Virus record (IMG/VR): IMGVR_UViG_3300034418_006598
Strand: one strand, 5' to 3'
Length of the DNA stretch: 64,000 bases
DNA from: an uncultured virus (IMG/VR IMGVR_UViG_3300034418_006598)
Taxonomy: Duplodnaviria > Heunggongvirae > Uroviricota > Caudoviricetes
Shown here: positions 1 to 9,355 of the stretch, piece after piece
Layout: each line of letters begins with the position of its first letter
Position numbering within the stretch: position 1 is the first letter of the stretch
Notes under the pieces: generated by a model
The model's input: only the letters and a program-made list of their open reading frames with translations
Database searches by the model: none
Told to the model about the DNA's origin: nothing
Program-made: the position numbers and the translations under genes

Positions 1-942
1 AAGAAGTTAAGCGACTTACAAAAGATAAAAAGTAGAGCTAAAAAGCATTTAAAGGAAGTTAAAACAGCGCAGGAGCGTGTTGACCGTTTAACTGAAGAAT
101 TAGCTGCGTTAAACAGTACTACTGCCCCTGAGTGGTTTGAGTCTATGGGAGGAAATTTAACGAGGAATATTTCTGACCAGCCTGACATTGTTTTGGGTAA
201 AATTCTTAAAGCATCAGAGTCATTTGGTTTAAATGGGGATGTTATCAGAGAAGTCGGCATGTCTCCAAATGCTGATGGTTCATTTTCTTTTGTTTTGAAG
301 AAAGCAAAAGGTACTACTGCTCATGCAGCAAATGCTGAAAATGATCCTTGGACTAAAGTAGCCCGTATTCTGCAAGCCGATAAAAATAACCCTGATTTAA
401 GTACAGGTGAATTTGTAGGACAGTTTATCACTGACAACTTGAGTACACAGTCAAAGGTTAGATCTTTCTATAACAATATTATTGATCCTAACGATACGAG
501 ATTTAAGAGCTTGACAGCAGATACTCACCACTTTAATGCTTCTCTATTGATGTTGATTGGGTCCGGAAGCAAGATAATGAAAGACTCGTTTTCCCCTAAG
601 GTAACTTCGGGAGGATTTCAGGGGAACTACTGGGCAGCTAGAGAAGCAGCTATTCGGATAGCTGACAAGTATGGACTGAATCCTCGTGAGGTGCAATCTA
701 TTGTTTGGGAAGCGCAGCGTCGTCTGTGGAATTATCCTTCTGATTACAGTAAGAGGAAAAAGAAAGTGATGGATGCTCTTAAGGAGCTGATAGAGCAGAC
801 TCCTAAATCAGAACAAACTGAAGATTGGTATAGACGTACGTTGTGGAATCTGTATGATGAAGTATATGCTGGTGCAGAAGTCCCAGATGTTGCCGTCTTT
901 GATGGTGACCCCGGTGACTTCTTAGTTGATTTGGACAAGTGA
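1..942 (+). CDS. C-terminal part of a large phage protein (5'-truncated) with a possible HhH-GPD/glycosylase-like domain
   Basis: Frame is open from base 1. Motifs KVRSFYNNI, TADTHH and YWAAREAA..IA.KYGLNPREVQSIVWE resemble the D-x-H and Q-x-x-x-W motifs of HhH-GPD-like folds. Confidence 0.5.
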   Translation, partial: KKLSDLQKIKSRAKKHLKEVKTAQERVDRLTEELAALNSTTAPEWFESMGGNLTRNISDQPDIVLGKILKASESFGLNGDVIREVGMSPNADGSFSFVLKKAKGTTAHAANAENDPWTKVARILQADKNNPDLSTGEFVGQFITDNLSTQSKVRSFYNNIIDPNDTRFKSLTADTHHFNASLLMLIGSGSKIMKDSFSPKVTSGGFQGNYWAAREAAIRIADKYGLNPREVQSIVWEAQRRLWNYPSDYSKRKKKVMDALKELIEQTPKSEQTEDWYRRTLWNLYDEVYAGAEVPDVAVFDGDPGDFLVDLDK

Positions 943-1190
943 TAACAATGAGTAATTTTGAAGATTCGCTTCTTGATGTTGATTTCAGTGATCCGGGTGA
1001 TCCTGATTTTGACGACCCGGGAGAAGAAGATGTTTTATCGGTATCAGAATATGTTGATCTCATCCCATTTTTAAGAGAAGCTGGTTTTAGTTCTCTGGCA
1101 GATGCGTTCGAGAAGACTATTCAGGCACAGACTGAAAACCCGAATGATGCTAATATAACTACAGGTGATTCAAATGGCGAAGCGGCATAA
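939..1190 (+). CDS. small acidic hypothetical protein
   Basis: ORF overlaps the upstream stop (GTGA); D/E-rich; alternative ATG at 948. Confidence 0.55.
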   Translation: MITMSNFEDSLLDVDFSDPGDPDFDDPGEEDVLSVSEYVDLIPFLREAGFSSLADAFEKTIQAQTENPNDANITTGDSNGEAA

Positions 1191-1380
1191 TTTCTACTTC
1201 AACGGCAAGAACTACGGATACGTGGTTTTTGAGAACGAAAAAATGATTGATATGCAGTTTGCTGACCCTCAGCTCCACTTAGACATGGTGCGGTGGGCTG
1301 ACGGTAAAGAGTTTAGGAGCATTAGTGATATGCTTGGTCGTTCTGCGGCCATGTGGCGAATTGAGGAAGTTGACGTATGA
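1177..1380 (+). CDS. hypothetical protein
   Basis: ATG at 1177 (MAKRHNFYF); tight packing with ATGA overlap to next ORF. Confidence 0.55.
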   Translation, partial: AKRHNFYFNGKNYGYVVFENEKMIDMQFADPQLHLDMVRWADGKEFRSISDMLGRSAAMWRIEEVDV

Positions 1381-1952
1381 ACGAGACGTACTACAAGACG
1401 ACAGATGATGCTTTCGTCATTATTCGGGTGCAGGATCCTCGGTCTGCTGAGGCGCATTCAACTATGCACAGTCAAGCCAAGGTTGATCGTGTGTTTGCTG
1501 AGATAGAGAAGCTTCGTGAGATTGATACTCCCATGTTCACCGAGCAGCGCCTCAGGTTCTTCTTTCCTGAGCTGTCCGAGATTGACAGGTCAGAATACTC
1601 TGAGGCGTACACAGCTATTGATGAGTTCAACGCTAAGGCGATGTTAACAAAGCAGCGCATTGAGGCCATGTCTGACGGCGAGTTGGCAGATTACATCTTT
1701 TTCTTTTCATCTAACACTGGCTTGCTTATTCCTGCCGATGTTGATGCCTTTATGGAGGCTGTATTTTTCGGGTGGGGTATTAATATCAACATGCCCGGTG
1801 CAGAAGCGGATATTGACGATGCAACGCAGCGAGAGATACTAGAATATAGTTATGCGATACTTAACAAGGTCGAGAAAGAGAAAGACCCTAAGTATGTTCA
1901 AGATTTTATCAAATTAAGTGGCGGGGTTGTTCCTAGCGAAGAGCAAGGATAG
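1377..1952 (+). CDS. hypothetical protein
   Basis: 191-aa ORF, ATGA coupling, GAGGA RBS-like upstream. Confidence 0.65.
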   Translation: MNETYYKTTDDAFVIIRVQDPRSAEAHSTMHSQAKVDRVFAEIEKLREIDTPMFTEQRLRFFFPELSEIDRSEYSEAYTAIDEFNAKAMLTKQRIEAMSDGELADYIFFFSSNTGLLIPADVDAFMEAVFFGWGININMPGAEADIDDATQREILEYSYAILNKVEKEKDPKYVQDFIKLSGGVVPSEEQG

Positions 1953-1956
1953 TAAC

Positions 1957-3474
1957 ATGGCTAAAGATCCTTTGGAAGGTCAGACAGTTCCTACAGAAGA
2001 GATGGCAAAAGAGCTGTCGAAGATTTTGGGTTGTTCGGGAGCACACAAAGTGGGCGACGATGCTTGGGGTCCGTGTGAGTCACCTAAGGATCTGAAGAAG
2101 CTGATCCGGGTCGGTAACCCTGCTTTTCGTGAGTGGAAGAAGCGGCAACAGAAGAAGAAAAACTTCTACGACTTTTTAGAGTTGAAAGCGAAGGGTAAAG
2201 GGAAGAACAAGTTCCCGACTCGTGAAGCTGCAGAACAGGCCGCAAGCAAGATGGGGTGTGCCGGTGCGCATCAGACCCGGCAAGGGGTTTGGGCGCCGTG
2301 CATGACTCCTGAAGATTACAATGCGGCTCACGGCCATTTGAGTATCGGCGGTTCACCGGTTTTGAGGTTGCAAAGACCAACTCGTCGTGTTGCTACAGAT
2401 TTACGTGCGTGGGAAAAACTTCGTGAGCGTGGGCCACGAGGCATTGAGACGTTGCCGGGTGGTGGCTTGGTTTCGGCTAAATCTGTTACGGCTTCTGATT
2501 CGTTTACCCCCACGAAGGGTATGGTAGAAGAAGCGAAGCGAGCATTGGCGTGGCGTAAAGAGTTTAAACGTGGGGGTACTGCTGTAGGTATCGCTCGTGC
2601 TAGGGACATTGCGAATGGCAAGAATCTTCCGTACAAGACTGTAAAGAGGATGAAGGCGTTTTTCGATAGACATCAGTCTGATGCAAACGCTGACGGGTTT
2701 AGACCGGGTGAAAAAGGTTTCCCTTCTAATGGTAGAATTGCTCATGCTTTGTGGGGTGGCGATACCGGATATACATGGGCCAAGAATATTGTTGCCCGTG
2801 TCGAAGGTACCGAAAAGTCGTTTAACTCAATTGAAGAAAAACGTTACTACACGCGTGCTCGCCGGATGGAGTATGCGAAGCGTGGTTGGGCGTTACCTGA
2901 CGGTTCGTTCCCGATTCGGGATGTCGGGGATTTGCGTAACGCTATCCAGGCTTATGGTTTGGGCAAGAATCGTGAGGCTACCAAAAAGCATATCATGAAG
3001 CGTGCCAGGGCTTTAGGACGCACCGAGTTGATTCCTGAGAATTGGAAGACTCGTCAAAAAGCAGCTAGACGTTATGGGCCAAACGATCCTAAGACGCCAG
3101 CGAAGCCTTCGGAACGTATCCGGGGGTCTAGACGAAACAAGCCGGGAACGGCGGCTAGTACCCGTGGAGGGATTAAGCTTTCGGCTGCGGTTGAGACTTC
3201 CTTGAAAAACAAGGTCAAAGAGCATAATGAGAAGATGGAGAAGCGTAACAAGCCTGAACGCAAGGTGACGTTAGGTATGCTTAAGGCTGTTTGGCGTAGA
3301 GGTGCCGGTGCTTTCTCGGCTACTCACCGCCCAAAGATGGGTCGTCAGCAGTGGGCTATGGGTCGTGTCAACGCATTCTTGAAACTCGTGTCTAGCGGTA
3401 AACCGTCGAATCCTAAGTATACAACCGATAATGACCTTCTCCCTAAGAAGCATCCACGTAGAACTAAATCGTAA
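1957..3474 (+). CDS. multi-module basic head-associated protein (capsid maturation region accessory)
   Basis: Directly upstream of the MCP. Two GC(S/A)GAH...W.PC repeats plus modules GGTAVGIARARDIA..RMKAFFDRH..LWGGD, ALPDGSFPIRD..DLRNAI and LKAVWRRGAGAF..WAMGRVNAF, of the type seen fused to phage prohead protease/portal proteins. Confidence 0.6.
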   Translation: MAKDPLEGQTVPTEEMAKELSKILGCSGAHKVGDDAWGPCESPKDLKKLIRVGNPAFREWKKRQQKKKNFYDFLELKAKGKGKNKFPTREAAEQAASKMGCAGAHQTRQGVWAPCMTPEDYNAAHGHLSIGGSPVLRLQRPTRRVATDLRAWEKLRERGPRGIETLPGGGLVSAKSVTASDSFTPTKGMVEEAKRALAWRKEFKRGGTAVGIARARDIANGKNLPYKTVKRMKAFFDRHQSDANADGFRPGEKGFPSNGRIAHALWGGDTGYTWAKNIVARVEGTEKSFNSIEEKRYYTRARRMEYAKRGWALPDGSFPIRDVGDLRNAIQAYGLGKNREATKKHIMKRARALGRTELIPENWKTRQKAARRYGPNDPKTPAKPSERIRGSRRNKPGTAASTRGGIKLSAAVETSLKNKVKEHNEKMEKRNKPERKVTLGMLKAVWRRGAGAFSATHRPKMGRQQWAMGRVNAFLKLVSSGKPSNPKYTTDNDLLPKKHPRRTKS

Positions 3475-3660
3475 GCTAGTGGATTTCATTTTTGCTATAC
3501 AATAGACTATTGCTTGTAACAGTAGCTGCAGAAACTTAGAAAAGTTCCCGTGGTTTACTTTACGTTGATGATAGCATAATATTTGACCGGTGTTACCACA
3601 TTGTGTTGGGTCGCCTGTCATTAAACAGTAAAACATGTTAAATACCTTAAGGAGATAAAC

Positions 3661-4950
3661 ATGAGTTTTGATGAGAGTCGGCTCAACGAGGTCAAGACTG
3701 CTCTGTCAGCTAAGATGGCTGAGCAGCAGGAGATCGTTGATTCGATGCAGGTGGAAGGCACCACAGTTATCGCTGATGCGGAAAAGAAGGCTGCTTTCCA
3801 GTCAAACATGGCTGAGATTAACGAGATGAAGGGCCTCATTGAGGGCATTACTTCACTTCGTGACGTTTCGGCTTGGTCCTCAGAGGCCGAGTACAAGTCA
3901 GTTGCCGCTGAGGTAGCTGCTGGTGTTGAGCGCGAAGTCGCTACCCACGCCAAGTCAGTTGGTGAGGCTTTCCTTGCTTCTGACGAGTTTAAGTCACTTC
4001 AGGGCGGCAAGGCTGGCGTAAACATGGTTTCGCCTTTCCAGGCCAAGTCACTTTCCCAGAAGGACCTTTACTCAGGGCTGCCCACGGGTGATCCTGCTTC
4101 CTTCGGTGCGGTTGAGCGTGACGGCATTGTCCCGATTGCTCAGCGTCGTAGCCGTGTCCGTGACCTGTTCCCGGCACGTACTACTAACGCCGCCGTGGTT
4201 GAGTACTTCCGCCAGACTGGCTTCACGAACAACGCTTCAGTTGTTCCGGAGTACTCCAGCGGTAACTTTGGTGCGAAGCCTCAGTCAACGATGACCTTCG
4301 TTGGTGAGCAGGCTCCGGTCCGTACCATCGCTCACTGGGAAGCTGCCCACCGTAACGTTCTTGCCGATGAGCCGCAGCTGCGTTCAATCATCGACAACGA
4401 GCTTCTTTACGGTCTCCGTCTTCACGAGGACGAGCAGATCCTGAACGGTGCCGGTACTGGCGAGGACCTTACTGGTATCCTCAACACCACCGACGTTCAG
4501 ACCTACGCATGGTCTGCTGGTGAAACTTCACCTGTCGCTGACACCAAGGCCGATGCTCTCCGTCGTGCGGCTACTCTGGCATACCTTGCCTACTACGAGC
4601 CGACCGGCATCATCGTCCACCCGTCAGATTGGGAAGACATCGAGCTGACCAAGAACTCGCAGGGCACCTACCTGCTTGCGATGTCAGTTGCCGGTGGCGC
4701 TGAGTCACGTGTTTGGCGTATCCCCGTCATCGACACTCCTGCTATTGCTTCAGGCACCGCTCTTGTCGGCGCTTTCGGCACTGGCGCTCAGCTTTACGAC
4801 CGTGAGGCGGCTACGATCCGTATTTCGGAGCAGCACTCAGACTTCTTCGTCCGCAACGCCATCGTGGTGCTTGCTGAAGAGCGTCTGGCCCTCGCTGTCA
4901 AGCGTCCGGAAGCGTTCGTCAAGGTCACCTTCGACGCCGAACCGAGCTGA
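3661..4950 (+). CDS. major capsid protein, HK97 fold, with N-terminal coiled-coil delta domain
   Basis: AAGGAG RBS; motifs VRTIAHW..A.RNVLAD.PQL.S.ID..L.YGL, EDEQILNG.G.G..L.GI, DFFVRNAIVVLAEERLALAV.RPEAFV. Confidence 0.95.
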   Translation: MSFDESRLNEVKTALSAKMAEQQEIVDSMQVEGTTVIADAEKKAAFQSNMAEINEMKGLIEGITSLRDVSAWSSEAEYKSVAAEVAAGVEREVATHAKSVGEAFLASDEFKSLQGGKAGVNMVSPFQAKSLSQKDLYSGLPTGDPASFGAVERDGIVPIAQRRSRVRDLFPARTTNAAVVEYFRQTGFTNNASVVPEYSSGNFGAKPQSTMTFVGEQAPVRTIAHWEAAHRNVLADEPQLRSIIDNELLYGLRLHEDEQILNGAGTGEDLTGILNTTDVQTYAWSAGETSPVADTKADALRRAATLAYLAYYEPTGIIVHPSDWEDIELTKNSQGTYLLAMSVAGGAESRVWRIPVIDTPAIASGTALVGAFGTGAQLYDREAATIRISEQHSDFFVRNAIVVLAEERLALAVKRPEAFVKVTFDAEPS

Positions 4951-4982
4951 TCCTAGTCCCTTCGGGGTAGTTGGATAAGTTG

Positions 4983-5020
4983 AGAACCCCCGGTCCGTTT
5001 GGGCCGGGGGTTTTCTTATT
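4983..5020 (+). terminator. intrinsic terminator after MCP
   Basis: AACCCCCGG-tccgtttggg-CCGGGGGTT hairpin followed by T-run. Confidence 0.85.
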
Positions 5021-5064
5021 TACCTTTCGGCTTTGGTTGAGGGGTCCTTTGTTATAATAAGGGC

Positions 5065-5799
5065 ATGCCTATATTCGATGACGACGACATTCCGTTTCCT
5101 GTGTGGACTCAGCATGATGTTGATTTGTTGGAGGCGATTGATCCGTTTCTTTTGTACGGGTTGACGAATGTTGTGGAATATCTTGTTACCCGCAATGGTC
5201 TGGTTGACAACGAAAAGTTTGATCTGTTGTTGTTGATGCATGCTGTTGCGAATAAAGATTCCAGAGAAGATATGTATTCGTTGGGTGAAACTGAGGCTGT
5301 TATTGGTGTGGCGAGCGAGTTTTGTTTGGTTGACTGTTTGTATGATCGTCAGTCTCTGGAAGCGTTAGAGTTGCAGGACAATGGGGTGTTATTTCTTGCT
5401 GTGAACGAGTCGAATGGTGCTGCGTTGGATGCGGCTGTGTGCTTGTCGGCAAGGTCTTCTTCCATGTTTAGATACGCCGCTGTTCGGCCTTCGTTGGCTT
5501 TGTTTGGTGAGTGGGAAACTATTTCTGGAGAGATATTGAAAGCCTTGTTGACTATGGGGCAGACATCCACTAAGATAGGGTTCCTAGTCGAATACTTGAA
5601 GGCTAGTAAGAATATCCCTCTAGATGATTTGTTACTGATTGGAATTTTGTTAAAGCTTGCAGAAGTTGGTTTGTTTAACATCTATTTAGATAACGAATCA
5701 GATGGAGTTCTTTCCATAAATACTCAAGCGGCGGGCATCTTCTTGTTGTTCTCCAACAGAGAAGATTTAGCTAGGCGGCTAGCTGAACTGACAGAATAA
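5065..5799 (+). CDS. hypothetical protein (probably leaderless)
   Basis: 244-aa ORF; TGT-TATAAT (5050-5058) 6 nt before ATG. Confidence 0.7.
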   Translation: MPIFDDDDIPFPVWTQHDVDLLEAIDPFLLYGLTNVVEYLVTRNGLVDNEKFDLLLLMHAVANKDSREDMYSLGETEAVIGVASEFCLVDCLYDRQSLEALELQDNGVLFLAVNESNGAALDAAVCLSARSSSMFRYAAVRPSLALFGEWETISGEILKALLTMGQTSTKIGFLVEYLKASKNIPLDDLLLIGILLKLAEVGLFNIYLDNESDGVLSINTQAAGIFLLFSNREDLARRLAELTE

Positions 5800-5926
5800 T
5801 CTGTGACAAATAGGTTTGATTTCTTCCAATCTCGTGATAACTTGACGCCGGAAGATACGTCAACCCCCCTAGAATACTAAAACCACCTCTTTTCAGAACA
5901 TCACTACACCACAAGGAGAACGTACT

Positions 5927-7876
5927 GTGGACCCCTTTTTTATTTCCGACGACCATGCCGCCTCATATGCTGATAAGATGCCTCCGTGGGGATTTAACGG
6001 ATTAGGCTATATTGTTTACAAGCGGACCTATGCTCGCCCTATTTTTGAGGGCGACACAATTGTTCGTACTGAGGAATGGCACGAAACGATTCAGCGTGTC
6101 GTTAACGGCGCTCAGGATATTGGGGCGCAGTTGTCGGAAGATGAGGCTGTCCGCCTCTATGACTATCTGTTCAACTTGAAGGCTTCCGTTGCTGGCCGAA
6201 TGCTTTGGCAGATGGGTACCCCGAACAACAAGCGTTTGGGTGGCGATAGTCTGGTCAACTGCTGGTTTGTTGATGTTCAGAAGCCCACGGATTTTTCTTG
6301 GGCCGTAGAGCGGCTGATGCTTGGCGGCGGTGTGGGCTTCTCTTGCGATAAGCCTGAGCGTCTGGGTGTTGTTCGTTCAGCTTGGGTTGAGCATCATGAC
6401 GCTGACGATTCTGATTTCATAGTGCCTGATACCCGTGAGGGTTGGGGCGAAGCAGTCCGGAAGGTCTTTGAGTGCTACTTGGGCGACGACGACAATCCTC
6501 GTAAGATGACGTACGCTACTCACCTGATCCGCAAGGCGGGTGTACCTATTAAGACGTTCGGCGGCACTGCTTCAGGTCCCGATATTCTCGTTTCGGGTAT
6601 TGAGAAGATTTGTGCCGTTCTTGACGGTGCGGTTGGTCGCACGATGACTTCAGTTGAGGTTCTTGACTGCATGAACATCATTGGCTCTATCGTTGTCGCC
6701 GGTAACGTTCGCCGCAGCGCTGAAATTGCTGTTGGCCGTCTAGACGATGAAGATTACCTGATGGCGAAGCGTTGGGACCTTGGCGATATTCCGATTGAGC
6801 GAGCCATGTCAAACAACACTGTTTTCGTTTCTCCGGAACAGATGCAGGACATGCCGGAGCTTATTTGGGAAGGCTACAAGGGTAATGGTGAGCCGTACGG
6901 GTTCTTCAACCTCGAAGCTTCACGCCAGTTTGGGCGTATGGGCGAAGAGCGTCCCGATCCGTCGATTGTGGGCGTCAACCCTTGCGCTGAAATCCCGTTG
7001 GCTAACCGTGAGTCTTGTAACTTGTCTGAGATTTTCTTGCCGATGATTGACTCGTCGGAAGAGCTTCAGGACGTGTCTCAGTTGCTGTACAAGGTCCAGA
7101 AGGCGACAGCGGCGCTGTCTTACCTTGACCCTGCTTCAGACAAGATCACGTCAACAAACATGCGTCTCGGCCTAGGTATCACTGGCGTGACGCAGGCCAT
7201 GGAAAAGATTGATTGGCTGGACGACACCTATGTCGCTCTGCGTGAGTTTGATGCCGAGTGGTCAGAAGAGCGTGGCTGGCCTGAGTCTGTACGTCTTACC
7301 ACGATCAAGCCTTCTGGCACGCTGAGCCTTCTTCCGGGTGTAACCCCTGGCGTTCACCCCGGCTTTAGCCAGTACTTTGTGAAGCGTATGCGTATGGCTT
7401 CCACCGACGTTCTTGTCAACTACTGCAAGTCGAAGGGCTTCTACGTTGAGCCTCTCCGCAACTTTGATGGCTCAGAAGATGACCGGACTGTTGTTGTAGA
7501 GTTCCCGTGTGCGTTCCCTGACGGGACGATCGAAGCTAAGGACATGACTGCGATTGAGCAGATGGACCTTGTTCGTCGTCTCCAGAAGGTGTGGTCAGAC
7601 AACGCCATTTCGGTGACTGTCTACTACAAGAGCGAAGAACTTGATGGTATTCGTGAGTACCTTGCGGAGCATTGGAGCGAGATGAAGTCCGTTTCGTTCT
7701 TGCTGCACAGCGAGCATGGTTTCGATCAGGCCCCGATGGGCGAGTTGACTAAGGAAGAGTACGAGCATGTGCTCAGCACTACGTCACAGCTTGGTGAGAA
7801 GCTGTCAGGTTCCACGATCATGTCGGACGATGAGTTTGACGCCGAATGCTCAACGGGAAGTTGTCCCGTGAGATGA
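5927..7876 (+). CDS. nrdJ: class II (adenosylcobalamin-dependent) ribonucleotide reductase, monomeric RTPR-like
   Basis: YKRTYAR, SLVNC, GNVRRSAEI, NPCAEI catalytic loop, TTIKPSGTLSLL, C-terminal CSTGSCPVR; AAGGAG RBS before GTG. Confidence 0.92.
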   Translation: MDPFFISDDHAASYADKMPPWGFNGLGYIVYKRTYARPIFEGDTIVRTEEWHETIQRVVNGAQDIGAQLSEDEAVRLYDYLFNLKASVAGRMLWQMGTPNNKRLGGDSLVNCWFVDVQKPTDFSWAVERLMLGGGVGFSCDKPERLGVVRSAWVEHHDADDSDFIVPDTREGWGEAVRKVFECYLGDDDNPRKMTYATHLIRKAGVPIKTFGGTASGPDILVSGIEKICAVLDGAVGRTMTSVEVLDCMNIIGSIVVAGNVRRSAEIAVGRLDDEDYLMAKRWDLGDIPIERAMSNNTVFVSPEQMQDMPELIWEGYKGNGEPYGFFNLEASRQFGRMGEERPDPSIVGVNPCAEIPLANRESCNLSEIFLPMIDSSEELQDVSQLLYKVQKATAALSYLDPASDKITSTNMRLGLGITGVTQAMEKIDWLDDTYVALREFDAEWSEERGWPESVRLTTIKPSGTLSLLPGVTPGVHPGFSQYFVKRMRMASTDVLVNYCKSKGFYVEPLRNFDGSEDDRTVVVEFPCAFPDGTIEAKDMTAIEQMDLVRRLQKVWSDNAISVTVYYKSEELDGIREYLAEHWSEMKSVSFLLHSEHGFDQAPMGELTKEEYEHVLSTTSQLGEKLSGSTIMSDDEFDAECSTGSCPVR

Positions 7877-7911
7877 CCTAGTGGCGTAGTAAGCGCCACC
7901 AGTACATTCTG

Positions 7912-8037
7912 ATGCTATACCACGATACTGGCGAGGTGCGTGGACTGCTGTGCCACATTTGTAATATTGTTGTGGGCGGCATTGAGAAGACGCCTGCAAT
8001 GGATATCGACAAACTCCTAACATGGTGCGGTAGATAA
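7912..8037 (+). pseudogene. endonuclease VII-like homing endonuclease remnant (C-terminal half)
   Basis: Translates MLYHDTGEVRGLLCHICNIVVGG..., matching the H-x-TG-x-VRGLLC-x-x-CN motif; in-frame stop at 7879 removes the N-terminal CxxC half. Confidence 0.7.
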
Positions 8038-8054
8038 CGGGATATTATAATATG

Positions 8055-8221
8055 CAAAGTTGCAATCTGGCGTAATTTGGGAAGTTAAAGTATTTGTGTA
8101 CCGGCAAATTTGACTAACCCCGAAGGAGGAGATTGTGATTATCGGCTAACGTGCCGGTAGCCGTAAAAGCAATCGCACGTCTAGGGCGGGGTTTGGTCAG
8201 TTTGACTGAACCCCGCTTTTT
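8055..8221 (+). ncRNA. candidate small structured RNA (promoter-to-terminator unit)
   Basis: TATAAT 8046-8051; CGGCTA/TAGCCG stem whose loop ACGTGC pairs with GCACGT 8175-8180; terminator 8186-8221; no substantial ORF. Confidence 0.4.
8186..8221 (+). terminator. intrinsic terminator
   Basis: GCGGGGTT...AACCCCGC followed by TTTTT. Confidence 0.8.
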
Positions 8222-8237
8222 ACGTTATGATATGCAT

Positions 8238-8612
8238 ATGGCTTTTTCTTTGAGAGATTTAAGGCTTCATGGTGTGCAGCATGAGTTGCTTATGGTTGCA
8301 GCTTGTTGTAAGCATGGCTTAGCGGAGACTGTTCCGATAGATGATGAGAAGCGGCTTTCTTTGCCTGCAGCGATTGCTGTCTTTGTTGGTTTGATGCCCG
8401 AGCGCAACCTGTCTAATAATTTTGACGAACTTTTAGATAATATCCCTGCTAACAAAAGAGCTAACTTTATCAGGTGTTGGGAAGCTATTGAGATGTTTGT
8501 TGGGGAAGACATCGTGGATTGGTCCGAACGGGTTGGCAGTCAAGATGCGTACAAGACTATTAAGTCTTTAGCTGGTGAGGTAGCTAACGCTAGCTTGTAT
8601 AAGCCACGTTAG
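8238..8612 (+). CDS. hypothetical protein (leaderless start likely)
   Basis: TATGAT 8226-8231 lies 6 nt before ATG 8238; the longer 8151 start would run through the terminator. Confidence 0.65.
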   Translation: MAFSLRDLRLHGVQHELLMVAACCKHGLAETVPIDDEKRLSLPAAIAVFVGLMPERNLSNNFDELLDNIPANKRANFIRCWEAIEMFVGEDIVDWSERVGSQDAYKTIKSLAGEVANASLYKPR

Positions 8613-8626
8613 TTTATGGGGTTTAC

Positions 8627-8655
8627 TTGACATGGCGGTGGGGCTTTACTAAGAT
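8627..8655 (+). promoter_or_regulatory. sigma70-type promoter (leaderless)
   Basis: TTGACA-17nt-TAAGAT, 6 nt before ATG 8662. Confidence 0.75.
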
Positions 8656-8661
8656 ACCACT

Positions 8662-9051
8662 ATGAGGCATGAACAGCGATGGCATAAGCATTACGAGGCC
8701 CTATGCGCATATGAGAAACGCTATGGTGACGCTATTGTGCCTACAGATCACGTAGAGTTTTTAGACTCGGGGGAATGTATCAGTTTAGGCAATTGGGTTA
8801 GTTATATGCGGACGAGATATAAGCAGAACGCATTGGCTACTAACCGGATTCAGTTGTTAGAAAGTCTTTCTTCTTGGACTTGGGGTCCTGTCAGACCGGG
8901 ACCGAAGTCGAAGGATTTTATTGCAGAAAGAAATAGTCAGATTTATAGCGAGTACTATAACGGTGAGACGTTAGCTAAGATCGGTGCTCGGTATAGGTTG
9001 TCCCGTCAGCGGGTTCACCAGATAGTAAAGGAATACGAAAATGGTAAATAG
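8662..9051 (+). CDS. helicase-associated (HA) domain plus C-terminal HTH DNA-binding protein
   Basis: W.KHYEAL..Y..RYG...VP..H.E...LGNWV..MR..Y...L...RI.LLE pattern; TLAKIGARYRLSRQRVHQIV HTH. Confidence 0.75.
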   Translation: MRHEQRWHKHYEALCAYEKRYGDAIVPTDHVEFLDSGECISLGNWVSYMRTRYKQNALATNRIQLLESLSSWTWGPVRPGPKSKDFIAERNSQIYSEYYNGETLAKIGARYRLSRQRVHQIVKEYENGK

Positions 9052-9355
9052 GCAAGGCGCTGAAGATTGGGGCCGGTTCACCGGTAAGCTTTCGACAGAG
9101 TTGGAGGAGAATGTTCAGCAGGTAGTCAAGCAGGCAGTGCTTATCACGGTTTTGCAGAGTATTTTCGGTTTTGCTTTTCTTGCAGGCACGGGCGCTTTGG
9201 GTCTGATGTTTTTGAACAGCATTGCTAATTCTGCGTGGCCTAACTTGATGGCGTTCCGCCCCGGCATCGGCTACACGGACGCTTTTCTAGTTTCATCTAT
9301 TCTCTGGATTCTGTTTTCAATTAAGCTCAGCATGTCGAAGGGTGCGAAGTCATGA
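9041..9355 (+). CDS. membrane protein
   Basis: two hydrophobic segments. Confidence 0.6.
   Translation: MVNRQGAEDWGRFTGKLSTELEENVQQVVKQAVLITVLQSIFGFAFLAGTGALGLMFLNSIANSAWPNLMAFRPGIGYTDAFLVSSILWILFSIKLSMSKGAKS

Noticed and set aside
3584..3620. Imperfect hairpin in the MCP leader as a riboswitch
   Set aside because: Weak pairing and no recognisable aptamer consensus
5927..7876. Intein or group I intron in nrdJ (also checked polA)
   Set aside because: Both ORFs are continuous, of normal length and lack splicing motifs
8141..8167. Resemblance of CGGCTAACGTGCCGGTAGCCGTAA to the 16S rRNA 530 loop
   Set aside because: Short gapped match with no flanking rRNA sequence; probably coincidental
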